From Chiloscyllium plagiosum (lineage: Eukaryota), in contig NC_057720.1 of NCBI RefSeq assembly GCF_004010195.1, forward strand, positions 19,893,269-19,957,268: 64,000 nucleotides of DNA, read 5' to 3'. The notes beneath the pieces are model-generated. The model was not told the origin of the DNA and did not search any database. It worked only from the letters and a program-made list of their open reading frames with translations. This document shows, in pieces, positions 1 to 13,200 of the stretch; the first letter of the stretch is position 1, and each line of letters opens with the position of its first letter. The translations under genes were made by a program, and so were the position numbers.

Positions 1-584
1 AGAAGCATATCAACCATGATTGAATAGCGCAGCAGATTCAATGGGCTGATTGATCTAATTCTACTCGCATATCTTATGATTGTGTGGAAATCAAGGGTTA
101 TGATGTGGGGCAGGTTTGAAAATGGAGTTAAAGCTACACGCAGATCAGCTGTGATTTTAAGCCATAATAAAGGCAAGCTTGAGGGGTTGAATGGCCTACT
201 TCTGTTTCTATGTCTTACGAAAATCTGTGAAGTGAGAAACAGAGTTAACATTTTGACTCATATAATTTTTCTTTAGAATGGTCCAATTGCCAAACAATGC
301 ACAGTCTCCTCTCATGCAGTATAAATGTTGATTTTGCCACTGAATTCATATCCTTGCAAAATGTGCAGATGTATGCAAGATGAAAAAATATGCATTTTGT
401 GGAAAGTTTTCAGTAAGGCTCCAGTTCTGTACTACCAAATGATTACTTAGCTTGACTATATTGTTTTCAGCAGTATTGAATCTGGTCAATGTTTTAATGA
501 TTCATCGAGAGTCTGCAATTACATTACTCAACTCCTAATTTGTGATCGTATGCTGGATGTGTTGGAACCAAAAAGGAAAAAAAG

Positions 585-845
585 ACACTTTAGAGTGGCT
601 TTCATGATTACTGATGTCTCACAGTACTTTACAAGCAGTGAAGTACCTTTGAAGTGTAGTCTCTGCTGTAATACAGGAAATGTAACAGCTAATTTGTAGA
701 CTAAACTCCCACAAACAGCACTGCTATAACTACTACATTTCTTTCAATGAAAGATGGTAACTGAAGGACAAATATTGGTAAGGAAATCAGGGATAACATT
801 CCCATTCTTCTTCAAAATTGTGCCATATTGCTGGCATCCAACTTA
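585..845 (-). mobile_element. Decayed DeuSINE (SacSINE1-like) core and tail
   Basis: Reverse complement resembles the Deu-domain as I recall it (gaagaagaatgggaatgttatccctg...ccaatatttgtccttca...gctgtttgtgggag...tacacttcaaaggtacttca). Confidence 0.6.
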
Positions 846-955
846 ATTGGTTTTCCATGTTGAGGTGTGTGGTAGAGACAGCATTTAATGCATATGGTAA
901 TCATTATATCATTGAGCTTTGGTTTCACCAGTAAGCATTCCAGGAACTAAAAACA

Positions 956-961
956 TTTATT
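956..961 (-). terminator. Candidate polyadenylation signal AATAAA (would give a 3' UTR of about 2.4 kb)
   Basis: tttatt on the plus strand at the end of an AT-rich, repeat-poor stretch below the stop; T/GT-rich sequence follows on the minus strand. Confidence 0.35.
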
Positions 962-2432
962 ATGATCTACTGCCACAGAAAGAGGCAATGGTTCAGAATT
1001 TCCAATACTGTATAATGGTATAATGTATGGCAGAATAATTAAGACAGAAAAAAACAACTTGACTTCATTCTGAAAGCATCACTAAATACACCAAAATGTT
1101 CACATAATGTCTAAGTAACCATGTTTCACCTTTGTTTCTTTTGAGATCTTCACAAGATTAAAAATCTCTCTCACCTGAAAGAATGCTGAGAACAGTGCAT
1201 CACTGGCAAAACATTTCCTATAAAACACTGCAACATACAAATGCAAAGCAGAAACGCTGAGACATTCTTGGATGTCAATACAAACACTGATGTGAAACAA
1301 TGTTGATTTACACTATGACATATCCTTATGCTTAGGTCATCCAAGTAAAAACATGACTAGTACAACAATGAAAGAAAACAGAAAAAGTTCAGCATTGTCT
1401 TAAATGATTGTGTCCAGTTAGTTTACATATATGTAGCATTTATAGAATATACATATAGTATATAAAACCTAGATTTTAATAAATTACATAAGGCAACTTT
1501 CCAAAGGTTAAGACTTTTTCAACGCAATACACTTAATATACAAGAATTAATATGTTTGCTTTAATATAGCTTAGTGTCTTGTGTAAAAGGTAATGTAAAC
1601 AAAAACATATATGCAAAATGAACATATATAAATAATAAACTGAAGCACAAATTAAAAAGATAATATTGTTCCAATTCACATTTTAAGACACAGTCCCTAA
1701 TGAGAACATCATTTTGGTCACTGACTAGACTATATATTTCAATACAGAGTAAAGACTACAAGTTTTGCACTTTGAACGTCTCTGTTTATCATATATAGAT
1801 AAAACATTAATATGGAAATATTTCAACATTTTGTACATTAAGGAACATACCTTGTTGCTTGTTTATGCAGTTCTTAAAGATTGCTATAGTAAGTTTTGAT
1901 TGCACAATTAAGAATGGCAGCAGAGGATGCAAAGCTTGTAAGACTTTGGATGATTACAAAAAAAATCTATTACTATCATTTACTATTGCCATCAAGTATG
2001 GCTACTTAAAATGTGCTATGTATTTTAGCAACTATCTAATTTTACTGTGTAACTATACATTTTTACTTGTATATTACTATAGAATTTAAAATCAACTATT
2101 TAAAACTCGATATCAATATCTCAGACTAACTAGTTCAGCTTTTGTTAGAACGCTAGAGTAGTTTTAGAAATATATTAAAAAATTCCAATACATATGTTAA
2201 TATGCAGCTACCTAGAGCAAGGTCATCCAATAGTTTCACATAGTGATGGAGGAGGGGGCACATTCTCTCACTTGGGGTTGGGTGGAGGGGTGCAGTTGGT
2301 GAACAAATTTCAGAATAAGCTTCAGGATACCATAATAGTAAACAAAAATTTTAGAAAGCAAATGACTAATAAAGTGGTCACTCAAATGAGTAACTAATAA
2401 AGAAAGACCACCATGAGTGCCATGCTGCAGGA

Positions 2433-2557
2433 CTAACTAATAGTTTCAGTTAAGCAGAGCTAGATAGAAGAAAAAAAAAGCCCCAAGTTCTGGTCTAACT
2501 AATAGTTTCAGTTAAGCAGAGCTAGATAGAAGAAAAAAAAAAGCCCCAAGTTCTGGT
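2433..2557. repeat. Tandem duplication of a 62/63 bp unit in the putative 3' UTR
   Basis: 2433-2494 and 2495-2557 are identical except for A9 versus A10. Confidence 0.95.
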
Positions 2558-3363
2558 CAACAGGAAAATGGATGGGGGTGAGGGGTTGGATTTAACTAAC
2601 ACTGACCCTTGTTCACCTCTGGTGAACATACAAAGTTGGCCTTGGTGGAATCTTTATGAAACTGGTTTTAGATTGCTCCTTTGAGGACAGATTTTTGCAA
2701 GCAGTGTTCAGCTCTGTCTCAACTACCCATCCAAACAGCACACTCAAAACTCCACAATCCTACTGCACTCTCATTCTTCCCTAACTGCCTGCCCACTCTC
2801 AACCCCATCCTTCCTCCCACAACAATATACACGCTCATTCTCCCCAACTTCTAGCAGCTCCTCAGACTCTCATCCTAAACTGCTCACCCACTCTAATCTC
2901 CTCCAAGCCAATGTCTCCCTGAAAACTTCTTGAGCCTTATTCCTATGGAGTTATCAGACCTAGAGTGGAAAGAAACTGATTACATTGCACAGCTCCTCCA
3001 AACAGACAATTTATCTCTGGCAGCCAATGCTAATAAATTCAACCTGAACCAATTAACAGCATATAAAGAGAACCAAACTTTGAATGGAGCAGCAACTCCT
3101 TAAAAAAAATCTTCCAGTTACATTTCCCCGAGTGGTTTGGTTAATAAGACTTCTTAGTTGAGTGCAATGTGACCTGTAAGCCATGTGTTGGATAAGCTTG
3201 ACCTCGAGGAACGCAAGATGTACCTTGAGGTGAAGTTTAATGGTTAAAGTTGTGTTTCTGGGTTGTATCATGGCACATTTCCCTCAATTTAGAAAAATAA
3301 AACACTTCTCATATGTGAAAAGTAACTTGGTAGATTAACACCAGAACTTCAGGCAATTGGTCC

Positions 3364-4244
3364 TTAGACAAAATAGGCCTCTCTGTTTTCAAAGTCTGGT
3401 GGAATGCGTTTTGATCGTAGTCTTTGAAATGTCAGTTTTTTTTCTCCTTGGCCTTCTTTGGCTGGACTTGGTGGATTTGCCATTTTCTTTGCTATATCAT
3501 TTTCATTATCTTCTATAGGATTAAATATTCCATTCCCACCTTTTACAGAATCAGAGGAATCAGTTAATGCTGCAACAGGTTTGGGCAAAGAGTCTCCAGT
3601 ATGCCTGATAGTATTAGAAGGAGGTTTGTAAAAAGTATCAGGTGGCGGCTGCAAGGTCCTTGGAGGACGAAATACGTAAATGGCGGGAGACTCTAATGAA
3701 TTGCCATCAGTCTTAGTGGTCCTTAATGGCTTCGCAGTCACTGCATATGGCTTATTAGGAAGTAAACTACTTGCAAAGCTATTGCCAGTACTATAGTTAA
3801 GGGATGGCGAGAAAACATTGTCATTGGTTTTGTTTTCTGGAGCAACATTTGCCATAATCATAGCTGTCTTCTGAGTTACATCATAATATTTATACTGTTT
3901 GTCCCATGTTCTACGTAAAGATTGGCTATCATAGTATGAATGCCTGCAGCATGTAGGTGCACGAGATGGACTTTTCATTTCTGGTATTTCCTCAATAATA
4001 GAATCCTTTTCACTGCTTGTATTGTTGCATCCTTTTGAAGTTTTCTCATTCAGTGAGTAGGGAATCATGACTTCAGGAACAGGCAAACTGGCAGGTCTTG
4101 GAATAACTGGTTTCAACCTGGGAGGTCGCATATGGACTTTAATAGGTTGTTGACTAGGTTTCTCAAATGATGTCAACTTGCTGAACTTGTGCACATCTGC
4201 TTTTTGTGGATTTTGTAGGCTTTTCAGCAATTCAACAGGATCTT
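3364..4244 (-). CDS. ARHGAP29: Last coding exon, Pro/Ser-rich tail ending ...[20 protein letters not shown]
   Basis: ORF 3364..4230 extended to the ctctctcaatgcag acceptor; terminal FV as in the PARG1 family. Confidence 0.9.
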
Positions 4245-7200
4245 CTGCATTGAGAGAGACATTAAGACCGGAACTGTTACATAATTTAGACGGTTGTAAG
4301 TACTCATAACAATGATTTCATGAAGATTAAGCTAAATTAAGTATGTCCATGATTTTAATGACTAACAATCAAGAATCAGAGTATACAGCTTTTTTTTAAA
4401 TGACAACCTAAAAATTGTTACTTCATTATGGTGCTGGGTGGGTCAAATGTGCTCAGATCTCACAAGTGGAGTTTGAACCCACAACATTCTGATTAAGAGG
4501 TGAAAATGTTAATACTGAGTCAAGTCTGACATATATTTAGTATCTGGCTTTTTTGAAGTATTGCATAATAACTGTGAAACAAGCTTCTCACAAACATGAC
4601 AACAATATGACTGCAGTTTGATGTTACAGTCCCTTATTTAAAATTTTCTCAATAATCAAATTAATTTGAAAATATTGAGTTGCAATACTTATCTTTACTT
4701 GTTAACTGTCTAAAATCTCAAAAGCAGTCATCATACTTTTACGCACAAACAAATACTGTTCAGCATTTCCAATATTTTCTAGCATCAATGTTTTGCTTTT
4801 GCACAACAGTTAAAAAATGTCAAGCTACAAACCTGATTCACTGCATTTTCTATTGGATTTTTGATCCTTCTCCTCATTTAGGATATCATTGGAAGCAACT
4901 ATTTCTGAAGACTCATTTTCACTTCCTGATAATCCAAAACCCTGCCAACAAAATATATTACTGTTACATTTGCAAATTAGAGTGGTATTATGACATAACT
5001 GAAAACAAAACACTGCTTCTGCAACAAGAGTGCAAGTTCACCAACATCTTAAGGTAACAAGAGGAACAGATGGAATGTTTAAGGTGGGATATGGGAAACT
5101 TCAGAGCAGGGAAATGCTGGAGCTGTGTGAACATTGGTTAGCCACAGCAAGACTACTGTGGCAGTTCTGGAATCCATATTGTATAGGGGGATCTGATTGC
5201 ACTGGTGAAGGTGCAGAGGAAATTTGCCAGAATGCTGTCTGGGTCGGAGAGTTTTAGCTATGAAGAGAGTTTGAATAGATTGTAGATGTTTTCCTTGGAG
5301 CAGAGGAGACTAAGGTGCCTGGGGGGTGGGCACACGCGTTAGGGTGGTGGTGTGGGGTTGACATGGATTTAAGGTAAGGGGCAGGGATTTAGGAGGGATG
5401 TGAGGAAAATCTTTTTCACCCAAAGGGTGGTGGGAACCTGGAACTCACTGCTTGTAATGGTGGTAAAGGCAGCAACCCTCACAGAATTTGATAAGTATCT
5501 AGCTCTGTACTTGTGACATGTGGCTTTAGGCCTAGTGCTGGAAAATTTGATTAGAATAGTTAGGTGCTTGTTTGTGACTAGCAAAGATGCACCAAAGTGC
5601 CTTTCTCTGTGCTGTAGACCTCTATGAATATCTCCATTTTTTAAAATTAATTTTGTACAAATATTCAGGTTAAAAAAAAATTGAAAATATTTTCAGTCCA
5701 TTGAATCTGCTCCTCATTCAATGAGATCATGGCTGATCTGATTCCGGAACTCCACTTTCCTGCCTTTTACGCATAACCCTCAATTTCCTTATTGATTAAA
5801 AATCTGACTGTCTATCTCAGTCTTGAATATACTTAATGAACCAGCTCCTATAGCTTTCCATGGCAAAGAATTCTACAAATTCACTATGCTCAGAGGAGAA
5901 ATTCCTTCTCATTTGTCTTAAACGTGACCCCTTACTCTGTTATTATGGCCTCAAGAGGAAATGAAGCAGAGCAGATATGACAGCAATTTGATGATACTGG
6001 GATAGTCTGCATGGATTTTAGCAAGGTTTTTGACAGGTTCCAAATGGTAGATAGGTCATAAAATTAAGAGGCCATGGGGTCCTAGGGCAAATTGGATCTA
6101 AAATTGATTCAGTGGCATGAAATAAAGAATATTTATCAACAGCTGCTCTTTGTGTGTTTGGGAGGTTGTTTCCAATAAAATTCCACAAGGTTCAATATTG
6201 GATCCCTTGCGGTTTGTGGTAATACATAGCAATGATTTAGACTTAATTGTAGGGGTGCGATTAAGAAGTCTGAAGATCATACAAATATTGGTTGTGTGTT
6301 TGATATTGGAGGAGAAAGCTGATAAGCAATAAAATATCAATGGACTCGTCAGGTGGGAAGAAATGTGACAAATGGAATTCAATCATGAGATGTGTGACAT
6401 AACATGTTTGGGAATTGTTAACAAAGCAAGAGAATACAAAATAAATAATAGGATGCATAAAGGACCAGAAGGATCTCGGAGTGCATGTGCATGGATTCCT
6501 AAAGTTACCAGGTCAGGTACATAAAGTGATCAAAGAGACAAACAAGATATTTTCTCTTATTGCTTAAGGCCTAGAATATAAGAGCTGGGAGGTTATGCTA
6601 AAACTATATAAAACACTAGTTAGGCCACAGTTTGGGTACTGCATACAGTTTGATCACCATTAGGAAGGATGTGATTGTACTAGAGAGAAGATTGCATAGT
6701 CTGTGCCTGTTTTCTTTAGAACTGAAAAGGCTGAAGGAGATTTAAATGAAATAAAAAATCATAACAGGTCTAAATATAGTGGATAGGAAGAAGGCTGAAG
6801 GGCCTCTTCTGTACTGTATAATGCTAGGAGTCATTTCCTTCACAGAAAGATCAGTAATGATATAGGCATTTCCAAATCAAAGTAACTGGCAGAAAGGTAG
6901 AAGGTGGGTAGGTGTCTGGAACTCACTGGCAGGGGTGTTAAAGACAGAAGCACTAAATGCATTTTAAAAATATGTTGGCAATGCACTTGGAATGCTGTAA
7001 TCTATAGCGCTGTGCACTGAGTGGAAAGTGGAATTAGGCTGTATGGTTTTTTTTGGACTGGTATGAACACAATAGGCCAAATGGCCTCCTCTGGCACAAA
7101 TTTTCTACATTTCAATTTTAATGATTTTTCTGTTAACCAACACATACCTCTTTGTTAGTTATTGGATAATCTTTGTTTTCTGTGAAATCTTCTTCCTGTG

Positions 7201-10200
7201 ACGAAGGCATAATCTTGTCTTTCTCATCAACTAATAAAGTTTCAGTTCTTGATGGCAACGGAGTTAATGAAGAAACAAATATTTTTTCATAGTGAGTTAT
7301 GAATAGCTTCACCATTTGAGCCTGATATGGATAATCAACAAGAGAAGATAATGATGCAGTGGCATCAGTTTGCCTTGGTCGTATAAGTGTAGGCCCAAAA
7401 ATAATTCCGAGGTTGCTCGCTGACATTTTATTTTCTTCTTCTTTCTCTGCCACCCTGTTGAACAACAACACAAATGCATGATGTTTCTCATGTTGGAGGC
7501 CACTTATCCATTGTATGGTTAATAGAACAAAACACATTACTTTTGTTGACTTGTAAATTAGAAGTAAGCCTAATAAGCCACAGAATTGAGTTAGTATTTT
7601 CATTGTTTTTGTAATGGTGGAAGATTCAGGGTGATTAAAAGAGTCAGTCACCTTAATTTATTCATTTGGGAAATTTGGGCTTTGCCAACAGTTATTATCT
7701 TCTCCTAATTGTCCTTGAAGTGGCATTGGTGAGCTGCCTTCTTGAACCAGCACCATTCATATGGTATAGGTACACTCATGTTGTTTAGGAGATTTCCAGG
7801 AATTGAACCCAGTGGCAGTGAAGGAATATCACTATATTTCCAAGTCAGAATGGTGAGTGACTTGGAAGTGAACTTGGAGGTAGTCATGTTCCTATGTATC
7901 TGTTGCCTTTGTCTTTCTAATGGTAGTGATCATGGGTTTGGAAGATGTTGTCTGATGAGTTTTGGTGATTTCTTCAGTGCAACTTGCAGATGGTGCATAC
8001 TGCCATTGCTGTACAGCAGCAGAGGAAGTAACTGTTGCAGTTGTCGTGCTAATCCAATGGACTGCTTTCCACTAGATGGTTAAGCTTAAAGAATGTTGTT
8101 GGAGCTGCACTTGTCCAGCCAAGTGGGACATTCTTCATCAAACTCATAACTTATACCTTAAAAACGGTGGTTAGGCTTCAGTGAGTCAGGTGGCAAGTTA
8201 CTTGCTGTAGGATTCCTAGCCTCTAACCTGGACTTGTAGCCACAATTATTACAGTTCAGTGTCTGGCCAATGGTAACCCCAGGATGTTGACAATGGGGAT
8301 GCAACAATGGTATTGTCATTGAGTGTCAAGGTATGATGGTTAGAGTCTCTCTTGTTGGAGATTGTAACTTCTGACCTGATACACATTGACCTATTTTCTA
8401 CAACTTCAAGGTAAACCCACAGTTGTTTTCAATTAAATATTCTTTTATACATTGTATATGCTATGCCAACTAAGGAAGCATACATAGGTTCTTTTTGGTT
8501 GAAGAAAATTTATTCTTATTGATCGTTATACTGTGTTTGCCTAAAATCGGACAAAGAGGTTGTATTCAATTTCAGGAACGTCCCTAAATTCAGGCTGAAA
8601 AATTACCTGCCTGATAAACTGTGGAAACAGTGGATGCAAACTACCAACTACTTGGCCAAACGTAGTTTAGAAATGGCAGGGAACTGCAGCAGCTCAAAAA
8701 GGCAGTGCACTACCATCTTCTCAAAGCACGAAGGGATGGGCATATCCCATAAAATGAATTTTTAAAATGTCAGCTGGAGTTGAACATACAACACTAAGTT
8801 GACAACATTTGAACATGTTATGTTAAAATAAAGACTTTGGCTTATATTTAAATAGTGAAATGATTGCAGTTCCAACAAATATGAGGCAGAAAGTAGAAAT
8901 GAAGGCATAATAAATGCCAATACACAAAGCCTCGAGAAAAACTATTTGGGAGTTTTAAACATTTTTAATTTCTACATGCCCAGTTGATTGAACACAACAG
9001 CTTCTAATCTAGTCTTGGTTGACAGAAAAATAATCAAACAGGATCTCCAGAGTCAAGTAATTAAAAATCAAATCACTGAAGTTAAACACTACATTACAAA
9101 AGAATCGGACATAGATTGAAGTTAGCAGTTCTGTTCAGATACTGCCATATCATAGAAATGTTCTGGTGCAGAAGGAAACTATTCAGCCAGTTCTCTGAAC
9201 ATTTTAACTTTTGTGTCAATCTCCTGCAATTTCCCAGTGACCCTGCACATTATATCTGGTTTCATCTATAAGAAGAGGTCATTCAAAATCTTTGAAGATT
9301 CCTCCAAGCAATAATAAAAAAACTGGTTATGAAATTATCCCCCAGACCTGCAATAATGAGGTTATCACTAGTCATGATTCCTTAAGAGACTTGAACCAGT
9401 TGTTGCTAGCACAACAACTGAAATATCCCATAAAACTGAAAACATACAGGCAGTTATCAGGGAATTCTTCCAAGATCACATGTAATTAAGTATTCAAGTG
9501 ACTTTTGCTGCATAGTAATGTTGCACATGAGTGCTGAGCTCAGTGGAATAGAAAAATCAATATCTACCTCCTTCATTTTAAACCTAACATAGGTAGATAA
9601 ATGTTGATTTAAGTACTTTTATTTTCTGATTGGCACCATTTTCAGCAAGAGGTGTCATCTCCAAGCTCGGAGAGAAATCATAGGGCTGCCTAGAGCTGAT
9701 TATATGGCTGAAAAGAAGAGTAGGATTTGATTATACACCTATCATTTGATAGCAAGCTTTTAAGTCAGTGCATGAATGAAACATTGAAGGGGACGGGAGA
9801 AACAGTACTGTTCAAAAGATCTCAGCTATTTCAGTTGTTAAATGCCCAAATATAAATATTCTTCCATACCTGCAAAGATGGTTCATGAGGTATTGCAAAG
9901 TATTGTAGTTGGCTTGAGGCAACTGACAGAGTAGATCCTTGACTTTAAAAAGGATTCTCTTCATTCCTATGTTGGTTGATGCTTTTTTGTGTACAGTTAG
10001 GATGATTGGTTTTCCATCATTTTCATCACTAATATTATGGCTTTCCTTGGCCAAACCAACAAATTCATTGTAAAGACGGAATGGAATCAATGGCTCTGGG
10101 AGCTATCAGATAATAATAGGTGATTACATTCTGATAATAAAGGGTTAGATTTTAAATGTCTGTTTTGAAGAGAGTTTTATATGCTGCATGGGTTTACCTG

Positions 10201-13200
10201 GCGGAGGAACAGTTTTAGCACGTTGCTGATATCATGAGTATACAAATCTGAAAGTTCCACTAAATCCTTTCCATTTTCAAAAGCTTGACACAACTTTTCA
10301 ACGCGTGATTTTGCTCCATTCACTCGATAAATACCCTTGAACAAATAACAAACTTAAGTGAATTAACATTTTCATTAACTTCACACATGTAGGAAGTATA
10401 ACTGAAATGGAATATGCATGTTGTGTTACTAACGCAAATATTAGAAAATAGTCTGAGAGTCATAGTCATACATCATGTAAACAGACCCTTTGGATCAACT
10501 TATCCACACCGACCAAACATCCTAATCTGACCACGTCCCATTTCCCAGCATTTGGCTCATATCCCTCTAAACCCATCCACTTCACATACCTATCCAAATG
10601 CCTTTTGACTGATTAGGGATATTCAACATGGCTCTGTGTGTGGGAAATCATATGTCACGAACTTGATTAAATTTTTTGAAGAAGTAACAAAAAGAATTGA
10701 TGAGAGCAGAGCGGTGGATGTGATCTATATGGACTTCAGTAAAGCGTTCGATAAGGTTCTTCATGGTAGACTGGTTAGCAAGGTTAGATCTCGGAGTGCA
10801 GGGAGAACTAGCCATTTGGGTACAGAACTGGCTTGAAGGTAGAAGACAGAAGGTGATGGTGGAGGAAGGTTGCTTTTCAGATGAGGCCTGTGACCAGTGG
10901 TGTGCCACAACGATCAGTGCTGGGTCCACTGCTTTTCGTCATTTATGTGAATGATTTGGATGTGAACATAGGAAATATAGTTAGTATGTTTGCAGATGAC
11001 ACCAAAATTGGAGGTTCTATGGAAAGGCAAATCAGTGCAGGAATTATACACTTAATGGTAATGTTCTGGGGAGTGTTGCTGAACAAAGAGATCTTGGAGT
11101 GCGGGTTCATAGTTCCTTGAAAGTGGAGTCGCAGGTAGATACGATAGTGAAAAAGGCATTTGGTATGCTTTCCGTTATCCGACAGAGCATTGAGTACAGG
11201 AGTGGGAAGGTCATGCTGCAGCTGTACAGGACATTGGTTAGGCCACTTTTGGGACAGTGTGTGCAATTCTGGTCTCCTTCCTATCAGGAGGATGTTGTGG
11301 AACTTGAAAGGGTTCAGAAAACATTTACAAGGATGTTGCCACGGTTGAAGAATTTTAGCTATAGGGACAGGCTAAATATGGTGGGGCTGGCTTCCCTGGA
11401 GCATTGGAGGCTGAGGGGTGACCTAATAGATATTACTGTTCATTAGTACAACAGACATCAGCATTATGACAATCCCACTGTCACACACTGCTTGCAGCAA
11501 ACCAGATTTGCACAATCAACCCTGCTATGGAAATTTGTTACTGCAATTCAATAAAAAGGACGATTCGTAGATTAGATTAGATTCCCTACAGTGTAGAACC
11601 AGGCCCTTCGGCCCAACAAATAGAAGGCTAATAAGATCAGTAAAAATATACTAGTTTATTAATATGTGAAGAAGGGAACCCAGCACATTTGACATAATAC
11701 AATACTAAATGAAAAGAGAAATCACTCTAATAATTTATTAGTTTAAGAGAGTTGTAAAAAATATAACATTATAGCTCCTGAAAGATAATTGTTTTTAAGC
11801 TTACTTACAGTGTGGAAACAGGCTCTTCGGCCCAACAAGTCCATACCGACACGCCGAAACGCAACCCACCCATACCCCTACATTTACCCCTTCACCTAAC
11901 ACTACAGGCAATTTAGCATGGTCAATTCACCTAACCTGCACATCTTTGGACTGTGGGAGGAAACCAGAGCACCTGGAGGAAACCCACACAGACACGGGGA
12001 GAATATGCAAACTCTGCACAGTCAGTCAGTCGCCTGAGGCAGGAATTGAACCCGGGTCTCTGGCGCTGTGAGGCAGCAGTGCTAACCACTGTGCCACCAA
12101 TCCGCCCACAAAGCTTGCCATCTTTTACTACTGTGTAAACTGTTGCAAGGGTTTAAAGTGTGATATTGTTGTATTTGTCTTGATGAGTGCAAGGTGAAAT
12201 AGCTGATTGGTTGGAAAGTCAACTCAGATTGTCTGAGACGTTGTCATGGAGAAAGTGAAAGAGAGTGTAGGCTCCCCACTCTTCCAGGTAATGTACCATT
12301 CTGGCAATAAATCTCATGGACAAAATTGCTCAATTGTTTGGGAGATCAAAGTCTATATGGATTTATGGTTGCATCCTATTAATTAAAAATAACACTTGTA
12401 TCGCCAATGCATGAAACTGCTTGCTTACCCAGTGGTTCACAGTTTTGAGATAATTTGCCTTTCCAAGATAATTTGAAGTAGACCAGACACCTTTTCGTGG
12501 TGTGAAAGTGGCAGCCTTTGGCCATTTACAAGTTTGCTCAATACACAGCAAACAATATGATCAGGATAGCCATTGTCCTTCAGATAGCTTTGACTGTTCT
12601 AGATGCAAGTTTGCTCGCTGAGCTGGAAGGTTCGTTTTCAGACATTTCGTCACATACTAGGTAACATCACCAGTGAGTCTCCGGTGAAGCGCTGATGTTA
12701 TGGCTCACTTTCTATTTATGTGTTTAGGTTTCCTTGGGTTTCCTGAAGTGGGCCATAACACCGGTGCTTCACCGAAAGCTCACTGACGATGTTACTGAGT
12801 ATGGTGACGAAATGTCTGAAAACAAACCTTACAACTTAGCTAACAAATTTACATCCAAAACCTCAACCTTAGCTACAAATCTTCTCCAAACTTGCTAGCT
12901 TTGACTGTTTCTGCATAGAGCTGGTGAGGTGAGCAAATGGCCAAGGCCCTATTTATAATGTTTCTATTAAGCATGAAGCTACATGAATCCAAACACATAT
13001 GTCAGCCTACAAGTGCAGAATTGAGTTTGACAATAGGGGAAATGGACAATAAATGTGACCTTAGCCGTGGCACCTGTGTCTGTGAATAAACTAATAAAAT
13101 ATTGCAGAACTTTGACAGCAATCTTAAGACATAGAATAACCACACAAAGGGAAAACAATTTGAAGTGACAACAAATTAATTCAAGATGAGCAATTGATAC

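Noticed and set aside
2433..2557. CRISPR-like repeat
   Set aside because: Two adjacent units with no spacers, in a eukaryotic context
76..3271. Short ORFs downstream of the gene
   Set aside because: No recognisable homology or splice structure; AT-rich UTR or repeat-derived
7455..7651. Hydrophobic N-terminal extension of ORF 7133..7651 as a signal peptide
   Set aside because: Intronic read-through upstream of the acceptor at 7455
10103..10337. 95-bp intron and AAG acceptor as anomalies
   Set aside because: Both are within normal vertebrate variation and the frame is intact
12178..12206. Hammerhead-like ttgatgagtgcaaggtgaaatagc
   Set aside because: Core C3 is missing and stems II and III are unconvincing
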